55,736 nucleotides of DNA from a virus. A program made the translations under genes and the position numbers. Location of the stretch: IMG/VR virus record IMGVR_UViG_3300047163_000162, positions 1 through 55,736 of that record; one strand, written 5' to 3'. Positions 28,060 through 36,810 of the stretch are shown in pieces; position 1 is the first letter of the stretch, and each line of letters starts with the position of its first letter. The notes under the pieces were generated by a model. It saw nothing but the letters and a program-made list of their open reading frames with translations. It was not told the origin of the DNA and ran no database searches.

Positions 28060-29241
28060 TTATTCCATTCCGTGATCTTGCCTGCCCCGCGGTGTCCATA
28101 GTAAACTTCCTGCGCTTCTGTGCATCATGTTCATGCGCTCTGCCACCTCAATGATTCTGGGTATCTTCTCCGAAGGGACCTTCGTCCCAAGGAAATGATA
28201 GAGAGTGGCCTCGTGGATTGGTTTCTTGTCCACGCAATACTTCCGCCACATGAAAAAGTGTAGTTCTTCAAGAACATCGGTGTCGCTGCGCCCATTCATG
28301 TCTCGGAAGATATCTGGCATGAGGGCTTCGATTTGCAATAGCCACGACTGCGCCCGCTGGTAATCTTCCATTTCGATCTGCATGGAGTCGCTGCGAGCGG
28401 CAGACGCAATCATGCAGAGCTTTATTATGGTAATATTCCGCCTGCCGTTGTAGGTTTGAAGTTTGGAATGAGTCGGCACTGGTTTCATGTCCGTGTTGAA
28501 CCAGAACTCCAGAGCCGCTGCGGTGTCGTCGTTCCAGATAAACTCCCCTTGCAGAGAAAGCACTTTTTTTAAGTGGTCGACTAAGCGGGTCTCCCGCTCC
28601 ACGTCGAAGGGCCGCTTTCGGAAGAGAGAGACCTTGACTGGGGTGCTAGAGTAGATCATGCAAAGGCGAGAGGAGAAGCCCATTGTCCAGGCCATCTCTG
28701 GGAAAGTCCCCGCGAGGTAGCCAGGAGTGCAACCAGCCAACAGATTTAGAGTCGGGGCTTTGATCGAGATGTTCCTGTTGTTGGTGCGACGGGTCTGCTC
28801 ATAGACCTCATTGTTATCGTAGAGGGCGCAGAGAAGGGAGATCATCACAGAGTCGTACTCTGGAAGGAGTACACCAAGTTCGAAGCTTGCAGCGAATAGA
28901 GCATGGAAGCTGAAAACGCTGCCGTCAGGGTTTAGAATTGTTTTGTTTGCGGCGACCATAGCGTCTACAAGGGAGGCGCCAGTGGCATCATCTGGCGCAA
29001 TTTTGACCTTCTCCACCTTGCGCAGCAAGCGCACAACCTGGCTCATGACCACGCCTTTGCCTACGGCAGGAGGGGCCACAAGCATGATGTAGAGATTTGG
29101 ATAAAGCGCCCCTGCTGCGGTCTCGGTGTAGCATCGGCGTTCCAGGCAAGCCCCGACAGCAGAAATGGCTCCCCACAGCCGGAAGATTTCCGGGGTCGGG
29201 AGGCCCTCTGTGTGGGCAAAAAATTCGTCGATGAAGTCCAC
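28060..29241 (-). CDS. DUF3987-like P-loop protein (putative replicative helicase or loader)
   Basis: GTG start at 29241, 6 nt after the polymerase stop. P-loop VAPPAVGKG. LLCALYDNNEVYEQTRRTNNRNISIKAPTLNLLAGCTPGYL...GFSSRLCMIY fits the recalled DUF3987 pattern. Confidence 0.5.
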   Translation of the reverse strand: MDFIDEFFAHTEGLPTPEIFRLWGAISAVGACLERRCYTETAAGALYPNLYIMLVAPPAVGKGVVMSQVVRLLRKVEKVKIAPDDATGASLVDAMVAANKTILNPDGSVFSFHALFAASFELGVLLPEYDSVMISLLCALYDNNEVYEQTRRTNNRNISIKAPTLNLLAGCTPGYLAGTFPEMAWTMGFSSRLCMIYSSTPVKVSLFRKRPFDVERETRLVDHLKKVLSLQGEFIWNDDTAAALEFWFNTDMKPVPTHSKLQTYNGRRNITIIKLCMIASAARSDSMQIEMEDYQRAQSWLLQIEALMPDIFRDMNGRSDTDVLEELHFFMWRKYCVDKKPIHEATLYHFLGTKVPSEKIPRIIEVAERMNMMHRSAGSLLWTPRGRQDHGME

Positions 29242-29247
29242 GTATTT

Positions 29248-30786
29248 TTACAGTTTCCGGTTAAGGATTGAGTCAGGGGCCACACGTGGCCGCAGCGCTT
29301 TCGGACTGCTTAGTTTTACTAGGCCGTTGGGGTTGGTCTCGCTCCATGGTGCCCAATTGTAGCCGATTTTGGCCTCGCCTGGGACGGTGAATTTTCTTCC
29401 GTTTTTGGCTACAAGCTCAATCTCAAGCAGGGCAAGCACCTTAGCAGATAGCTCATGCGGATCAACGCTTGTTGGTGCTTGGAAGGTAATGCTGTCGTGA
29501 GTCTGGGCAAGCAGTTCTACTTCTCGGTCCAGGTACTTCCACACTCTCCAGAGCCATAGGTTTGTCCTATAGGCGGTAGAACTTTGGGGGCCGTGGGCGA
29601 TTGCAGCGCGCAGCGTGGTTTCGTCCCCAGGGCGACCGAAGAAGACTCTTTCCACTCCAAAGGCATTTGTTATCTGTTGGGTGGATTGAAGTTGTCCGGC
29701 AATGTATTGGTGCCAACGAGGGATTGCTGGAAATGCAGAGAAGTAGCGCTCCTGGAAGTCCTCCATGAGCTTGGTGGGAACTTTTAGGTGCTTAGCCATG
29801 GTAAAAGGCTTGCCATAGTAGTTGCTGCCATGCCCTCCGCGCTTAGCCATGTCGCGAAACGAGAACTCCCGGTAGAAGTTTTGCTCCGCAACTTTGCGGT
29901 CGAGCTTATTGTCCCCGGTCCAGGCCAAGTTCGGCCAAATAAGCCTAGAAGCGTAGGTATGTAGGTCGCCCTCTTCACAGGCGTTGAGGTAGGTCCAGTC
30001 GTCGAATAAGGTTCCGCACAGCCAACCAACCTCCCTGGACTCTGCTTGCTCTAAGTCGATGCAGTAGAGGTACATTCCTGGGTCGACGCAAAAAATCTTC
30101 CTCGTAGCTGGTGCGATGTTTTGGGCGTTGCCGCCGGTGCCGTCGGCAGAGGAAGAAGAGGAAAGTCTGCCGGTTTCTGTCCCAGCTATGTTGTAGCTTG
30201 TTCGGTAGCGACCGTCAGGGCTAATTTCGGTTTCAAGGGTTTGGATAAGTTTGTCCCGCTCTCGGATAGCCAAGATACAATTGATGAGAGGCTCTGCATG
30301 GAAGTACAGAGATAGCTTCTCCAGGCTTTCTCGGTTCATGCTGAGGGTTTTCTTGCCCTTAGCGCTGGTCCAAACCTCTGGCAACCGCATAACTTTGTAA
30401 AACATTTTTTGCAGCTGGATAGTGGAGTTTGGGTTGACGTTTAGGTCGCAAACGGCTTGAGTCATTTTGTGAAAATGACCGTAGATTACTTCGCGCTCCG
30501 CGCGAAGCCGGGAGATTAAAATTTGCTTTTCGCCGCTGTCTACGGCAAAACCCCGTAGCATGATTTCCAGCAGAGGGGCTTGCAAAGCCCGTGCAAAAGA
30601 ATAGGAGACAGGTTCGGGGCGATTTGTGCTCTTCTTGATCTCGGTTAGGATTTCTAGAGTCAGCATGGTGTCCAAGCCGTTATATACCTGATGCACTTGC
30701 TCGTCAGAATATAGAGGCCCGCTGGGGCCTCTGGCGTTTGGATCAAAGGATGAGGTCTGGACAAGCATTGAGCTACCGTAGGCCAC
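29248..30786 (-). CDS. Family A DNA polymerase, polymerase domain only (512 aa)
   Basis: YNIAGTETGRLSSSS, CIDLEQAESRE (motif A), RDMAKRGGHGSNYYG (motif B), LAQTHDSITFQ (motif C). The start is GTG 30786 or ATG 30768. There is no exonuclease domain in this ORF. Confidence 0.9.
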   Translation of the reverse strand: MAYGSSMLVQTSSFDPNARGPSGPLYSDEQVHQVYNGLDTMLTLEILTEIKKSTNRPEPVSYSFARALQAPLLEIMLRGFAVDSGEKQILISRLRAEREVIYGHFHKMTQAVCDLNVNPNSTIQLQKMFYKVMRLPEVWTSAKGKKTLSMNRESLEKLSLYFHAEPLINCILAIRERDKLIQTLETEISPDGRYRTSYNIAGTETGRLSSSSSADGTGGNAQNIAPATRKIFCVDPGMYLYCIDLEQAESREVGWLCGTLFDDWTYLNACEEGDLHTYASRLIWPNLAWTGDNKLDRKVAEQNFYREFSFRDMAKRGGHGSNYYGKPFTMAKHLKVPTKLMEDFQERYFSAFPAIPRWHQYIAGQLQSTQQITNAFGVERVFFGRPGDETTLRAAIAHGPQSSTAYRTNLWLWRVWKYLDREVELLAQTHDSITFQAPTSVDPHELSAKVLALLEIELVAKNGRKFTVPGEAKIGYNWAPWSETNPNGLVKLSSPKALRPRVAPDSILNRKL

Positions 30787-31207
30787 TATCGGGGGGCAGC
30801 TCTAGCTCTATCATTTCGTTCGGGTCAAAGTATGAGATAGAATTTGGCTCAATGGGCAGTCCGAGTGCCACAAACGCTTCGGCTGGAATACAGTGGTCGA
30901 GAATTACCCTGACTTCTACTGGTATTGCGTAGAGCTTGGCAAGCGTTATGGCGCGAAGCATCCCTTGGCTGACCCCATGGTCCGCATAAAAGGCTATAAG
31001 ATCGGCTTTCTTTCTCCATTCGTCTGAAGCCCGGAGACCAAGTTCCCGGTGCTCCGGAAGGGAGTCTTGGAGAAATTGCGGGAATAGAAGATGCGAGGCA
31101 TAGGGGGACTCGCCGCGGTTTAGGGAGTCCAGGCAGCACTGGTGGGCATAGGTGATGCGCTGGGCGGAGCCGGGAGCAAAAGGGCTTTCGATGGAGACGA
31201 GCTTCAT
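30773..31207 (-). CDS. Hypothetical protein (144 aa) between the two polymerase halves
   Basis: ATG at 31207 is ATGA-coupled to the upstream gene. MKLVSIESPFAP...ADLIAFYADHGVSQGM is vaguely reminiscent of nucleoside 2-deoxyribosyltransferase-like/DUF4406 proteins (weak). Confidence 0.55.
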   Translation of the reverse strand: MKLVSIESPFAPGSAQRITYAHQCCLDSLNRGESPYASHLLFPQFLQDSLPEHRELGLRASDEWRKKADLIAFYADHGVSQGMLRAITLAKLYAIPVEVRVILDHCIPAEAFVALGLPIEPNSISYFDPNEMIELELPPDSGLR

Positions 31208-31452
31208 GCTAAGTCCTCTTTTTTCCGGGGTTGGGCGGTGAATTCAAGTATGGTGTATTGGACGCCGACTCCATCCAGACAGGTTAGAAGCTCTTTGAGC
31301 TTCTCCTTGCTGGTTACAATATACGGCTTGTTTTGCGAAGATCTTGTCACCACCAGCCAAATTTTTTGCTCGGCTGGAGCTTGTACCTCCGGTACTTTCG
31401 CGTAATTTCCCCTAGCGTACTTGTCCATATGCGTAGTTACGATATCACTCAT
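31204..31452 (-). CDS. Hypothetical protein (82 aa)
   Basis: ATG at 31452 (MSDIVTTH) overlaps the end of the upstream gene by 8 nt. The track's longer start lies inside the upstream gene. Confidence 0.5.
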   Translation of the reverse strand: MSDIVTTHMDKYARGNYAKVPEVQAPAEQKIWLVVTRSSQNKPYIVTSKEKLKELLTCLDGVGVQYTILEFTAQPRKKEDLA

Positions 31453-32521
31453 CTCTTTTCTCCATTTCGGTTTTGTGTTTGCGAAGGGTTTTCCACGGAA
31501 TTTCACTCAAATGAATAGACCCAAGAAAGCCTAGGCTCTTTTGCATTTCGGAATAAATGCTCCAATGCAGAAGCATTGTGTCGTGTAGGCAATTACGCGG
31601 GGATAAGCCCATATTGGCAAGCCATTGCAGGTCGTAGAGGCCGTTCTGGAAAACTTTCTCCGCAGGAGATGAAAGAAGGTCCCCAACAAATTTCCAGGCT
31701 TGTTCTTCTTGCCATTGATTCGGCCAGTACGACCTCGACTCTCGACGAAAATCCACAAATGGGATCACAAGAGACTCCGTGATGCTTGGAGCAAAACCGA
31801 TGCAAGTTATCTGCCCGCGAGCGGTTTCTATATCCACAGATAGGAACCTATGGGGTTTTGAGGCAAATGTCTTTATCTCCTCTAAAGTCGGATCAATAGT
31901 TATTGCTCGCTCTGGTCGGCGGATTTCTGGAAAGGAACTTTCCTTCCAGGCTTTTATAAAGTCCGCAATTACTATGACTCGTTGGTCCCATTGGCGCAGT
32001 ACACTTGCTGGATGGTAGGTTGGGATGATCTTAAGTCCTGGTGCACAGCAATTGTTCGGACCGAGCAGGGCCGTGCCGCGAACAGCGGAAATACCCGCAA
32101 GTCCTGTAAGTGCCCAAAGGGCAGTTCCGCCGAGGGCGACAATCACATTCGGCCGGACGGCCAGCAACTCATGCTTTAAGCGCTCCAGCTCCGGCCAAAA
32201 TTCAGGATGCAGGTAGTGTCCTTTTGACATGGGGGACTTGGCGTTTGCGCCTATTTTCTTGGCTTCTAGCGTCCCTATTTGCAATGAGTCAAGTTTGTTG
32301 TCAGGGGGCTGGAAGGCAAATACATTGGTTATAAAGCAATCCTTGCGGGCAACGCCAGCATCTGCCAGCATCCTGGTTAATTCCTGCCCGCTGGAGCCTT
32401 GAAATGGCCTGCCAATCTTTGCCTCTTCTTTACCCCAGGCTTCACCGACTAGGGCGATTTTTGAATTGCGCGGGCCAAGAGTACAGGCAAATGGTGGCTC
32501 AAGTTTATAGTTTTCCAGCAA
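31445..32521 (-). CDS. UDG-family-4-like domain fused to a DnaQ/PolA-type 3'-5' exonuclease domain (358 aa)
   Basis: TTG start at 32521 with GGAG 9 nt upstream. VGEAWGKEEAKIGRPFQGSSGQEL and IIPTYHPASVLR are UDG motif A-like and B-like. Then FLSVDIETA (ExoI), QNGLYDLQWL (ExoII) and LHDTMLLHW (ExoIII-like). Confidence 0.8.
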   Translation of the reverse strand: MLENYKLEPPFACTLGPRNSKIALVGEAWGKEEAKIGRPFQGSSGQELTRMLADAGVARKDCFITNVFAFQPPDNKLDSLQIGTLEAKKIGANAKSPMSKGHYLHPEFWPELERLKHELLAVRPNVIVALGGTALWALTGLAGISAVRGTALLGPNNCCAPGLKIIPTYHPASVLRQWDQRVIVIADFIKAWKESSFPEIRRPERAITIDPTLEEIKTFASKPHRFLSVDIETARGQITCIGFAPSITESLVIPFVDFRRESRSYWPNQWQEEQAWKFVGDLLSSPAEKVFQNGLYDLQWLANMGLSPRNCLHDTMLLHWSIYSEMQKSLGFLGSIHLSEIPWKTLRKHKTEMEKRDE

Positions 32522-32570
32522 GACAGGTGCTCCAAGAAGGTTAAAGACAACGCAAAGGAACTCTTGCTGC

Positions 32571-32798
32571 CTACTTGGAAAGCCGTTCTATCTCCCTGGA
32601 GATATACCAACGAGCTTTTTCCAGGTCCTCGATTGGAGAACTTGTCTTTAATCCAGCTCGCCAGATGTACTTGATCGCTGCACCAAGGTTGAAGTCAAAA
32701 TGCTCGACTATGTCAATGCACTCGACTCCTGATGGATGCTGGTTGTAGTGCTTGGGATGGTTGATAGCCTCGGATTTGGTTTTGCGTTGCACAGGCAT
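32571..32798 (-). CDS. DUF3310-family protein (75 aa)
   Basis: AAAGGAAA upstream of the ATG. HPKHYNQHPSGVECIDIVEHFDFNLGAAIKYIWRAGLK...EDLEKARWY matches the recalled DUF3310 signature. Confidence 0.8.
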   Translation of the reverse strand: MPVQRKTKSEAINHPKHYNQHPSGVECIDIVEHFDFNLGAAIKYIWRAGLKTSSPIEDLEKARWYISREIERLSK

Positions 32799-32810
32799 AG
32801 AAGTTTTCCT

Positions 32811-34238
32811 TTACTGTTGGCTAACTTTTGCTGAAATTTGGCGAAGGGAGCGCGCCCGGTGGAGGGCACCTAGAGCGGCACCATGAAACTCTGGATCACG
32901 CTCGATACCGAGTGTGCGGCTTGCCCCCATTTCTTCTGCCACGCGGATGGCACTCCCGGCGCCGCAAGTTGGGTCAAGCATAGACGTGCTAGAGTCGACG
33001 AAGAGCTGAAAAAAGTGCCGGAGAACAGGTTCTGGTTTTGTCGATGGATGAAGACTGCGCTCCGTTGGGGCGCTATAAGCGTTGGATACTGGCTTAGCTA
33101 CAAAGCGCTCCCCACGAATACCCATGAGTGCCGTTTCGTATATTCTTCTTGGTCCACGATTTCGGTCTGGCAGTAAACCTGCGTTGTCGCTCTTTAGCCA
33201 GACAAGGGGGTGGGGCAGGAAAACAATGTCCGGTGCAAGTTTGCGAAACAAGGATAAAGTCCTGGCGTAGTATTCCATCGAGAACCAGAACATGACATGG
33301 GCGTTTGAACTCACCAGTCGATCTAAACTTTTGCACAGCGTCTCTATAAGGCCGAAATATACCTCTTTGGTGTCCTCGTACTCCGTGGCGGCAGACATAC
33401 GGTTGCCGTCGAACAGACCTACTCCATAAGGAAAATCGCAGTGGAGGAAGTTGAACTTTGGCCCAGAGTAAGTCTTTGCCCATTCTTTGAAGTCCTCGTT
33501 CAGGATGTTTGTTGGGGCAGCAGAGGAGTGTTTTGAAGAAGCTTCTGGCGTGGCTTCGGCTGCACGCAGAACCTGCATTATCTGGCTGCGGGCTGTGCCG
33601 GAGCCCTGAAGTGGCAAGTTGCTTTCGACTTCGCCGTTTTGTGGTGGAAGTTTGTTTAAGGCAACGGCCCCAGACAAAGCCTCGCTGGTGATTTCCAATA
33701 TAGCGCTCATCGCTTCTTGGGATTTCCGGGCGATCAAGCGCTCCATAACTCCAACAGCAGAGCTCCAAGTAGACTGCTCCAAAACCTTCGGCAGGTGCAT
33801 GTAGTCCGCTACACGCAGTATCTGTGTAAGGTGATTTTTGCTGAGGGAAAGTTCGTTTGCAGTTTTTTCCGTGGACCAATCCTGGTGGAGGGCAGCATAA
33901 GCCTTGTGCAATTTTGCGATTGCACGGACTTCATCTTGCCAGTCTAAGTTACGGCGTTTGAGGTTTTCTTGCAATTCAACAGTTTGGGCTTCTTCCTGAG
34001 AAAGCTCGTCAAGGAAGCGTACCGGAATGTCTGGATGGCCACAGGCGATGCTGGCGGTCAAGCGGCGTTCACCTGCAACCAGCATTAGGTCACGGGTGAG
34101 GATGACCGGGACAAGTACGCCTTGCCTAAGAATAGAGTCCGCAAAACCATCTTTGATGTCGATGGCGGTGCGCTGGCGGTCTGGCGCGATTTTGATATCT
34201 GCGCAGAGCACCCGCTTATAGTCATCACTGATGGGCAT
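32811..34238 (-). CDS. ParB-like nuclease domain fused to a DNA methyltransferase (beta-class N6A/N4C)
   Basis: ATG at 34238 (the track's start at 34283 is GTG). VPVILTRDLMLVAGERRLTAS is ParB-N type. FLHCDFPYGV is a D-P-P-Y-type motif IV. MLDPTCGAGSAIRVA is AdoMet motif I, located after motif IV. Confidence 0.85.
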   Translation of the reverse strand: MPISDDYKRVLCADIKIAPDRQRTAIDIKDGFADSILRQGVLVPVILTRDLMLVAGERRLTASIACGHPDIPVRFLDELSQEEAQTVELQENLKRRNLDWQDEVRAIAKLHKAYAALHQDWSTEKTANELSLSKNHLTQILRVADYMHLPKVLEQSTWSSAVGVMERLIARKSQEAMSAILEITSEALSGAVALNKLPPQNGEVESNLPLQGSGTARSQIMQVLRAAEATPEASSKHSSAAPTNILNEDFKEWAKTYSGPKFNFLHCDFPYGVGLFDGNRMSAATEYEDTKEVYFGLIETLCKSLDRLVSSNAHVMFWFSMEYYARTLSLFRKLAPDIVFLPHPLVWLKSDNAGLLPDRNRGPRRIYETALMGIRGERFVAKPVSNAYSAPTERSLHPSTKPEPVLRHFFQLFVDSSTSMLDPTCGAGSAIRVAEEMGASRTLGIERDPEFHGAALGALHRARSLRQISAKVSQQ

Positions 34239-34407
34239 CAAAGGTCTCCAGTGCCTGCACACCGTGCAGCATTCGGCGGGCACGGCCCAAAAGGGAGGTC
34301 ATGGAATTATCTGGGTTGTGGTTTGCAACAGCGAGACTCATGTTATTTAGCTTCGCGTACCAGTTATCCAGGTCGCGAATAAGCTCTTCGAGTTTTTCTT
34401 CTGGCAT
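34225..34407 (-). CDS. Small helical hypothetical protein (60 aa)
   Basis: ATG at 34407 with GGAG upstream. First gene after the terminator at 34462-34492. Confidence 0.45.
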   Translation of the reverse strand: MPEEKLEELIRDLDNWYAKLNNMSLAVANHNPDNSMTSLLGRARRMLHGVQALETFDAHQ

Positions 34408-34461
34408 TGTAGGGCTCCGGGAAAAAGATGGAGAAATTGTTTTATTTTTGTCATGACAAAA

Positions 34462-34492
34462 GGTAAATAAAAAGGAGGCCGAAGCCTCCTTT
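34462..34492 (-). terminator. Rho-independent terminator (- strand)
   Basis: On the - strand: AAAGGAGGC-TTCG-GCCTCCTTT followed by TTATTTACC. Lies 12 nt after the stop at 34504. Confidence 0.65.
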
Positions 34493-34503
34493 CCAGCCGA
34501 GTA

Positions 34504-34938
34504 TTAGTCGTAAGCGCCCTTGATGTCCTTGACGTCGTTGTAGATTTCTTTGCCGTCTTCAGAGGTCCGCTGTGTGATGTACACTGTAACCTCTGCTCCC
34601 ACGAAGTCAGGGATCGTCTCGGCCAGGGAGCGCCCGGTAAAATCGATACCGCAAGAGGACATGAAGCTCTTCAGGCGGTGCAAAGCATCGTCGGTGAGGT
34701 AGAAGTCCTTCGGCAAGGTTTTCTTGCTGAGATCGACGCCGTCGAGCTCACTCGGGTCGATGTCAGCGCCCGGAGACGCAAGTTTGATGGAGAAGCGTAC
34801 GTATGGAGTCTTGCGCTCGTTTTTGGCCTCAAGAAGGTCGTACTTGTCAATACGACCGACGAAGGTGCCGGTGGGAATGGCTTTGGGCTTGACGATGTCG
34901 TCAACAGGTTTGCTCAGAAGTGCTCTAAAATCAGGCAT
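34504..34938 (-). CDS. DUF669-like putative ssDNA-binding protein (144 aa)
   Basis: PTGTFVGRIDKYDLLEAKNERKTPYVRFSIKL resembles the DUF669 N-terminal pattern. Lies close to an AAA_24 ATPase, a recalled common pairing. Confidence 0.45.
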   Translation of the reverse strand: MPDFRALLSKPVDDIVKPKAIPTGTFVGRIDKYDLLEAKNERKTPYVRFSIKLASPGADIDPSELDGVDLSKKTLPKDFYLTDDALHRLKSFMSSCGIDFTGRSLAETIPDFVGAEVTVYITQRTSEDGKEIYNDVKDIKGAYD

Positions 34939-34992
34939 AGAAGTTCTTTCGTGAAAGGAGGAAACCCTCCGGTTAAGGCCGACTGGCCGGGA

Positions 34993-35451
34993 CTAGCGCT
35001 CCGCGCTAGAGGTTTTTGCTTCTTCAAGCAAATTGGAAAGGAGTTGGGCAATTTTTGGCTCAGGCTTCCAGTAGTTTGGGCCTTTGAGAAATTTGCCGTC
35101 GCAGTTGTAGATGGGCTTACCGTCTGCGCCGAGCTTGCTCTGGTTGCTGTCCATGATTATGGAGAGAACGTCGTCAAGAGGAATGCCCCATTTTGCTGCC
35201 TCGGAGTAGATGTAGACGACCATGTCGCCGAACCAATCGGCCATGGCGGTGAGGATAGCAAGATCAGAGCCTGGCCCTGGCTTCTCTTCCCTCAGAAGGT
35301 CAAGAATGTCTTCGCCTTCGTCAAACTCTTCGTTGAGTGTTCGGACGAAACCGGCAAAGCGGCCAAGGTCCAGAAGCTGGGGCGCCGTCGCAACAGGCAA
35401 GCCGTACATGATGTTCATCTCACGAATTTTCTCGGGGAAGGATTTTCGCAT
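34993..35451 (-). CDS. MazG-like nucleotide pyrophosphohydrolase (152 aa)
   Basis: AAGGAG 9 nt upstream. LNEEFDEGEDIL...LTAMADWFGDMVVY...IMDSNQSKLGADGKPIYNCDGKFLKGPNYWKPEP has the all-alpha NTP-PPase pattern (E-x-x-E, D-x-x-D). Confidence 0.6.
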   Translation of the reverse strand: MRKSFPEKIREMNIMYGLPVATAPQLLDLGRFAGFVRTLNEEFDEGEDILDLLREEKPGPGSDLAILTAMADWFGDMVVYIYSEAAKWGIPLDDVLSIIMDSNQSKLGADGKPIYNCDGKFLKGPNYWKPEPKIAQLLSNLLEEAKTSSAER

Positions 35452-35463
35452 AGGAAAGACTCC

Positions 35464-35556
35464 TTACAGGAAGTTGTCGTCGTTGTCTTCAAAAAGGCAT
35501 TTTATAGTAAAAGCCGCCAGAGCTAGGATAAAAATCGCAAGAAGAAAGTTGCTCAT
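35464..35556 (-). CDS. 30-codon hydrophobic micro-ORF (MSNFLLAIFILALAAFTIKCLFEDNDDNFL)
   Basis: ATG at 35556 is ATGA-coupled to the AAA_24 gene stop. Has one TM-like segment and fills the gap before the MazG SD. Below the cutoff of the ORF track. Confidence 0.3.
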   Translation of the reverse strand: MSNFLLAIFILALAAFTIKCLFEDNDDNFL

Positions 35557-36389
35557 TTATTTTCTCCAGGCTTTGCTCCGAGTGTGGCTTTGAAGTAGTC
35601 CGCGAGGCCGGTCTCCAAAGGGTACTCCCGCAGGACGCGAAGCGGGGCGGAGTTTTTAAGTTCTACAATCCCGGAGGTGTTGGTCAGGATGACGCGCTTT
35701 TGGCTCTGGCCTGTGCCACGAGTCTGCGCCATGAGGGTATTGTTGAAATAGCGTCCGACAACAGGTGGAAGCGCTTTGCCTAGAGTGTTTGGATAGCCCC
35801 TGGTAGGGCCATTCTCGGTCTCGATGTACTTGATATGGCATAGCACAATCACATGGCATTTGATGGAGTCGGAGTAGAGCATTTGCAAAAGGCCCTGGAT
35901 AAGGCTCTGGCCCTCCCCCCAGTCCGATTGGTGGGGGCGGGAGCCAAGGCGACCATTAAGGGCGCAAACGAAACTCAGCGCGGCGTCGGAAAGCATGGAA
36001 AGGGAGTCGATCACTAAGATTTCATTTGGTGTCCAAGAGGCCACCGGACCGAGACTTGCAGTCTCTCCAGGCTCTTTCCAGTTGGAAAGCATTTCAATTG
36101 TGTCCGGCCAGACCTTTGCCGATGCCGGGAGCATCTTGCCATTGTTGTTTTTCATCTTCTCAGTTAGGGTACGGAAGAGGACTCTGCTGGTTGCGTCCTT
36201 TTTGTAAGGGCTTTTGCTGTCGCTGAGTATGTTGGCCAGGACGTCAAGGCCGTTGTCTAGGTCGAGTATACGCAGGTTGTAGCCGTCGGAAGCAAGAGAA
36301 GCAAGGGCACCTGTTTTACCAGCCCCAGACTCTCCTACGAAGAGAAGTTTAAGGGTCTGGGCGGATTGGTGAGCGGATAAGGGGGGCAT
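35553..36389 (-). CDS. AAA_24/Sak4-like RecA-fold ATPase (278 aa)
   Basis: Walker A LLFVGESGAGKTG and Walker B-like EILVIDSLS. Size and context are typical of phage Sak4-type recombination ATPases. Confidence 0.7.
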   Translation of the reverse strand: MPPLSAHQSAQTLKLLFVGESGAGKTGALASLASDGYNLRILDLDNGLDVLANILSDSKSPYKKDATSRVLFRTLTEKMKNNNGKMLPASAKVWPDTIEMLSNWKEPGETASLGPVASWTPNEILVIDSLSMLSDAALSFVCALNGRLGSRPHQSDWGEGQSLIQGLLQMLYSDSIKCHVIVLCHIKYIETENGPTRGYPNTLGKALPPVVGRYFNNTLMAQTRGTGQSQKRVILTNTSGIVELKNSAPLRVLREYPLETGLADYFKATLGAKPGENK

Positions 36390-36404
36390 GAAAGGCTCCG
36401 GTGT

Positions 36405-36617
36405 TTATATAAACGCGGATGAAAAGTCTAAATAAGAATCTCTATATCCGCCTGGAAGGCGGTTTGTGTCCGTTGGCACGATGAGCTTTTCGCGCAACTC
36501 CTGCTCCAGCATCGCTCGGAGGGCTTGCGCTTCTGCGTCCAGCACTTTCGCGGGCTTTTGTGGGGCTTTGAACACGGCTTGTAACTCCTTTTTCGGGCGA
36601 AGGGGATCTTGTGCCAC
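36405..36617 (-). CDS. ORF (70 codons, GTG start) whose sequence looks protein-like; possibly the 3' part of a frameshifted gene
   Basis: Starts at GTG. ..LRPKKELQAVFKAPQKPAKVLDAEAQALRAMLEQELREKLIV.. looks helical and plausible. Overlaps the 36428..36808 ORF in another frame. Confidence 0.35.
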   Translation of the reverse strand: MAQDPLRPKKELQAVFKAPQKPAKVLDAEAQALRAMLEQELREKLIVPTDTNRLPGGYRDSYLDFSSAFI

Positions 36618-36808
36618 TCTGTGGCTTCGCGTAGTACGACGCTTGGCTCCGGAGGGGTAGTCAAAGCTTCGACAAAAGCGGCACTATCCTTGCGGTTAAA
36701 CACCCATGTTTCAGCGGCATGGCTCGGCTTAACATAATCATGCCAAACACGGCTCAGCCCCCCAATAGTAGCGTCTGGCCGAGCGCAGCACTGACCATAC
36801 AATAGCAA
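36428..36808 (-). CDS. ORF (126 codons, TTG start, no internal Met); only the 5' half looks protein-like
   Basis: TTG lies 2 nt after the upstream stop. ..ETWVFNRKDSAAFVEALTTPPEPSVVLREA.. is plausible. After about codon 65 the frame becomes Arg/Ser/Cys/Lys-rich, as off-frame sequence does. Confidence 0.3.
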   Translation of the reverse strand: MLLYGQCCARPDATIGGLSRVWHDYVKPSHAAETWVFNRKDSAAFVEALTTPPEPSVVLREATEWHKIPFARKRSYKPCSKPHKSPRKCWTQKRKPSERCWSRSCAKSSSCQRTQTAFQADIEILI

Positions 36809-36810
36809 AA

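Noticed and set aside
33094-33879. 261-aa alternative-frame - strand ORF inside the ParB-methyltransferase gene
   Set aside because: It is on the same strand but out of frame with a gene carrying the ParB, DPPY-type and AdoMet motifs. It is Arg/Ser/Cys-rich, like off-frame sequence.
34678-35526. 282-aa + strand ORF antisense to the DUF669-like and MazG-like genes
   Set aside because: It is antisense to two genes with clear family motifs and SDs. It has no start context, and its sequence is low in information.
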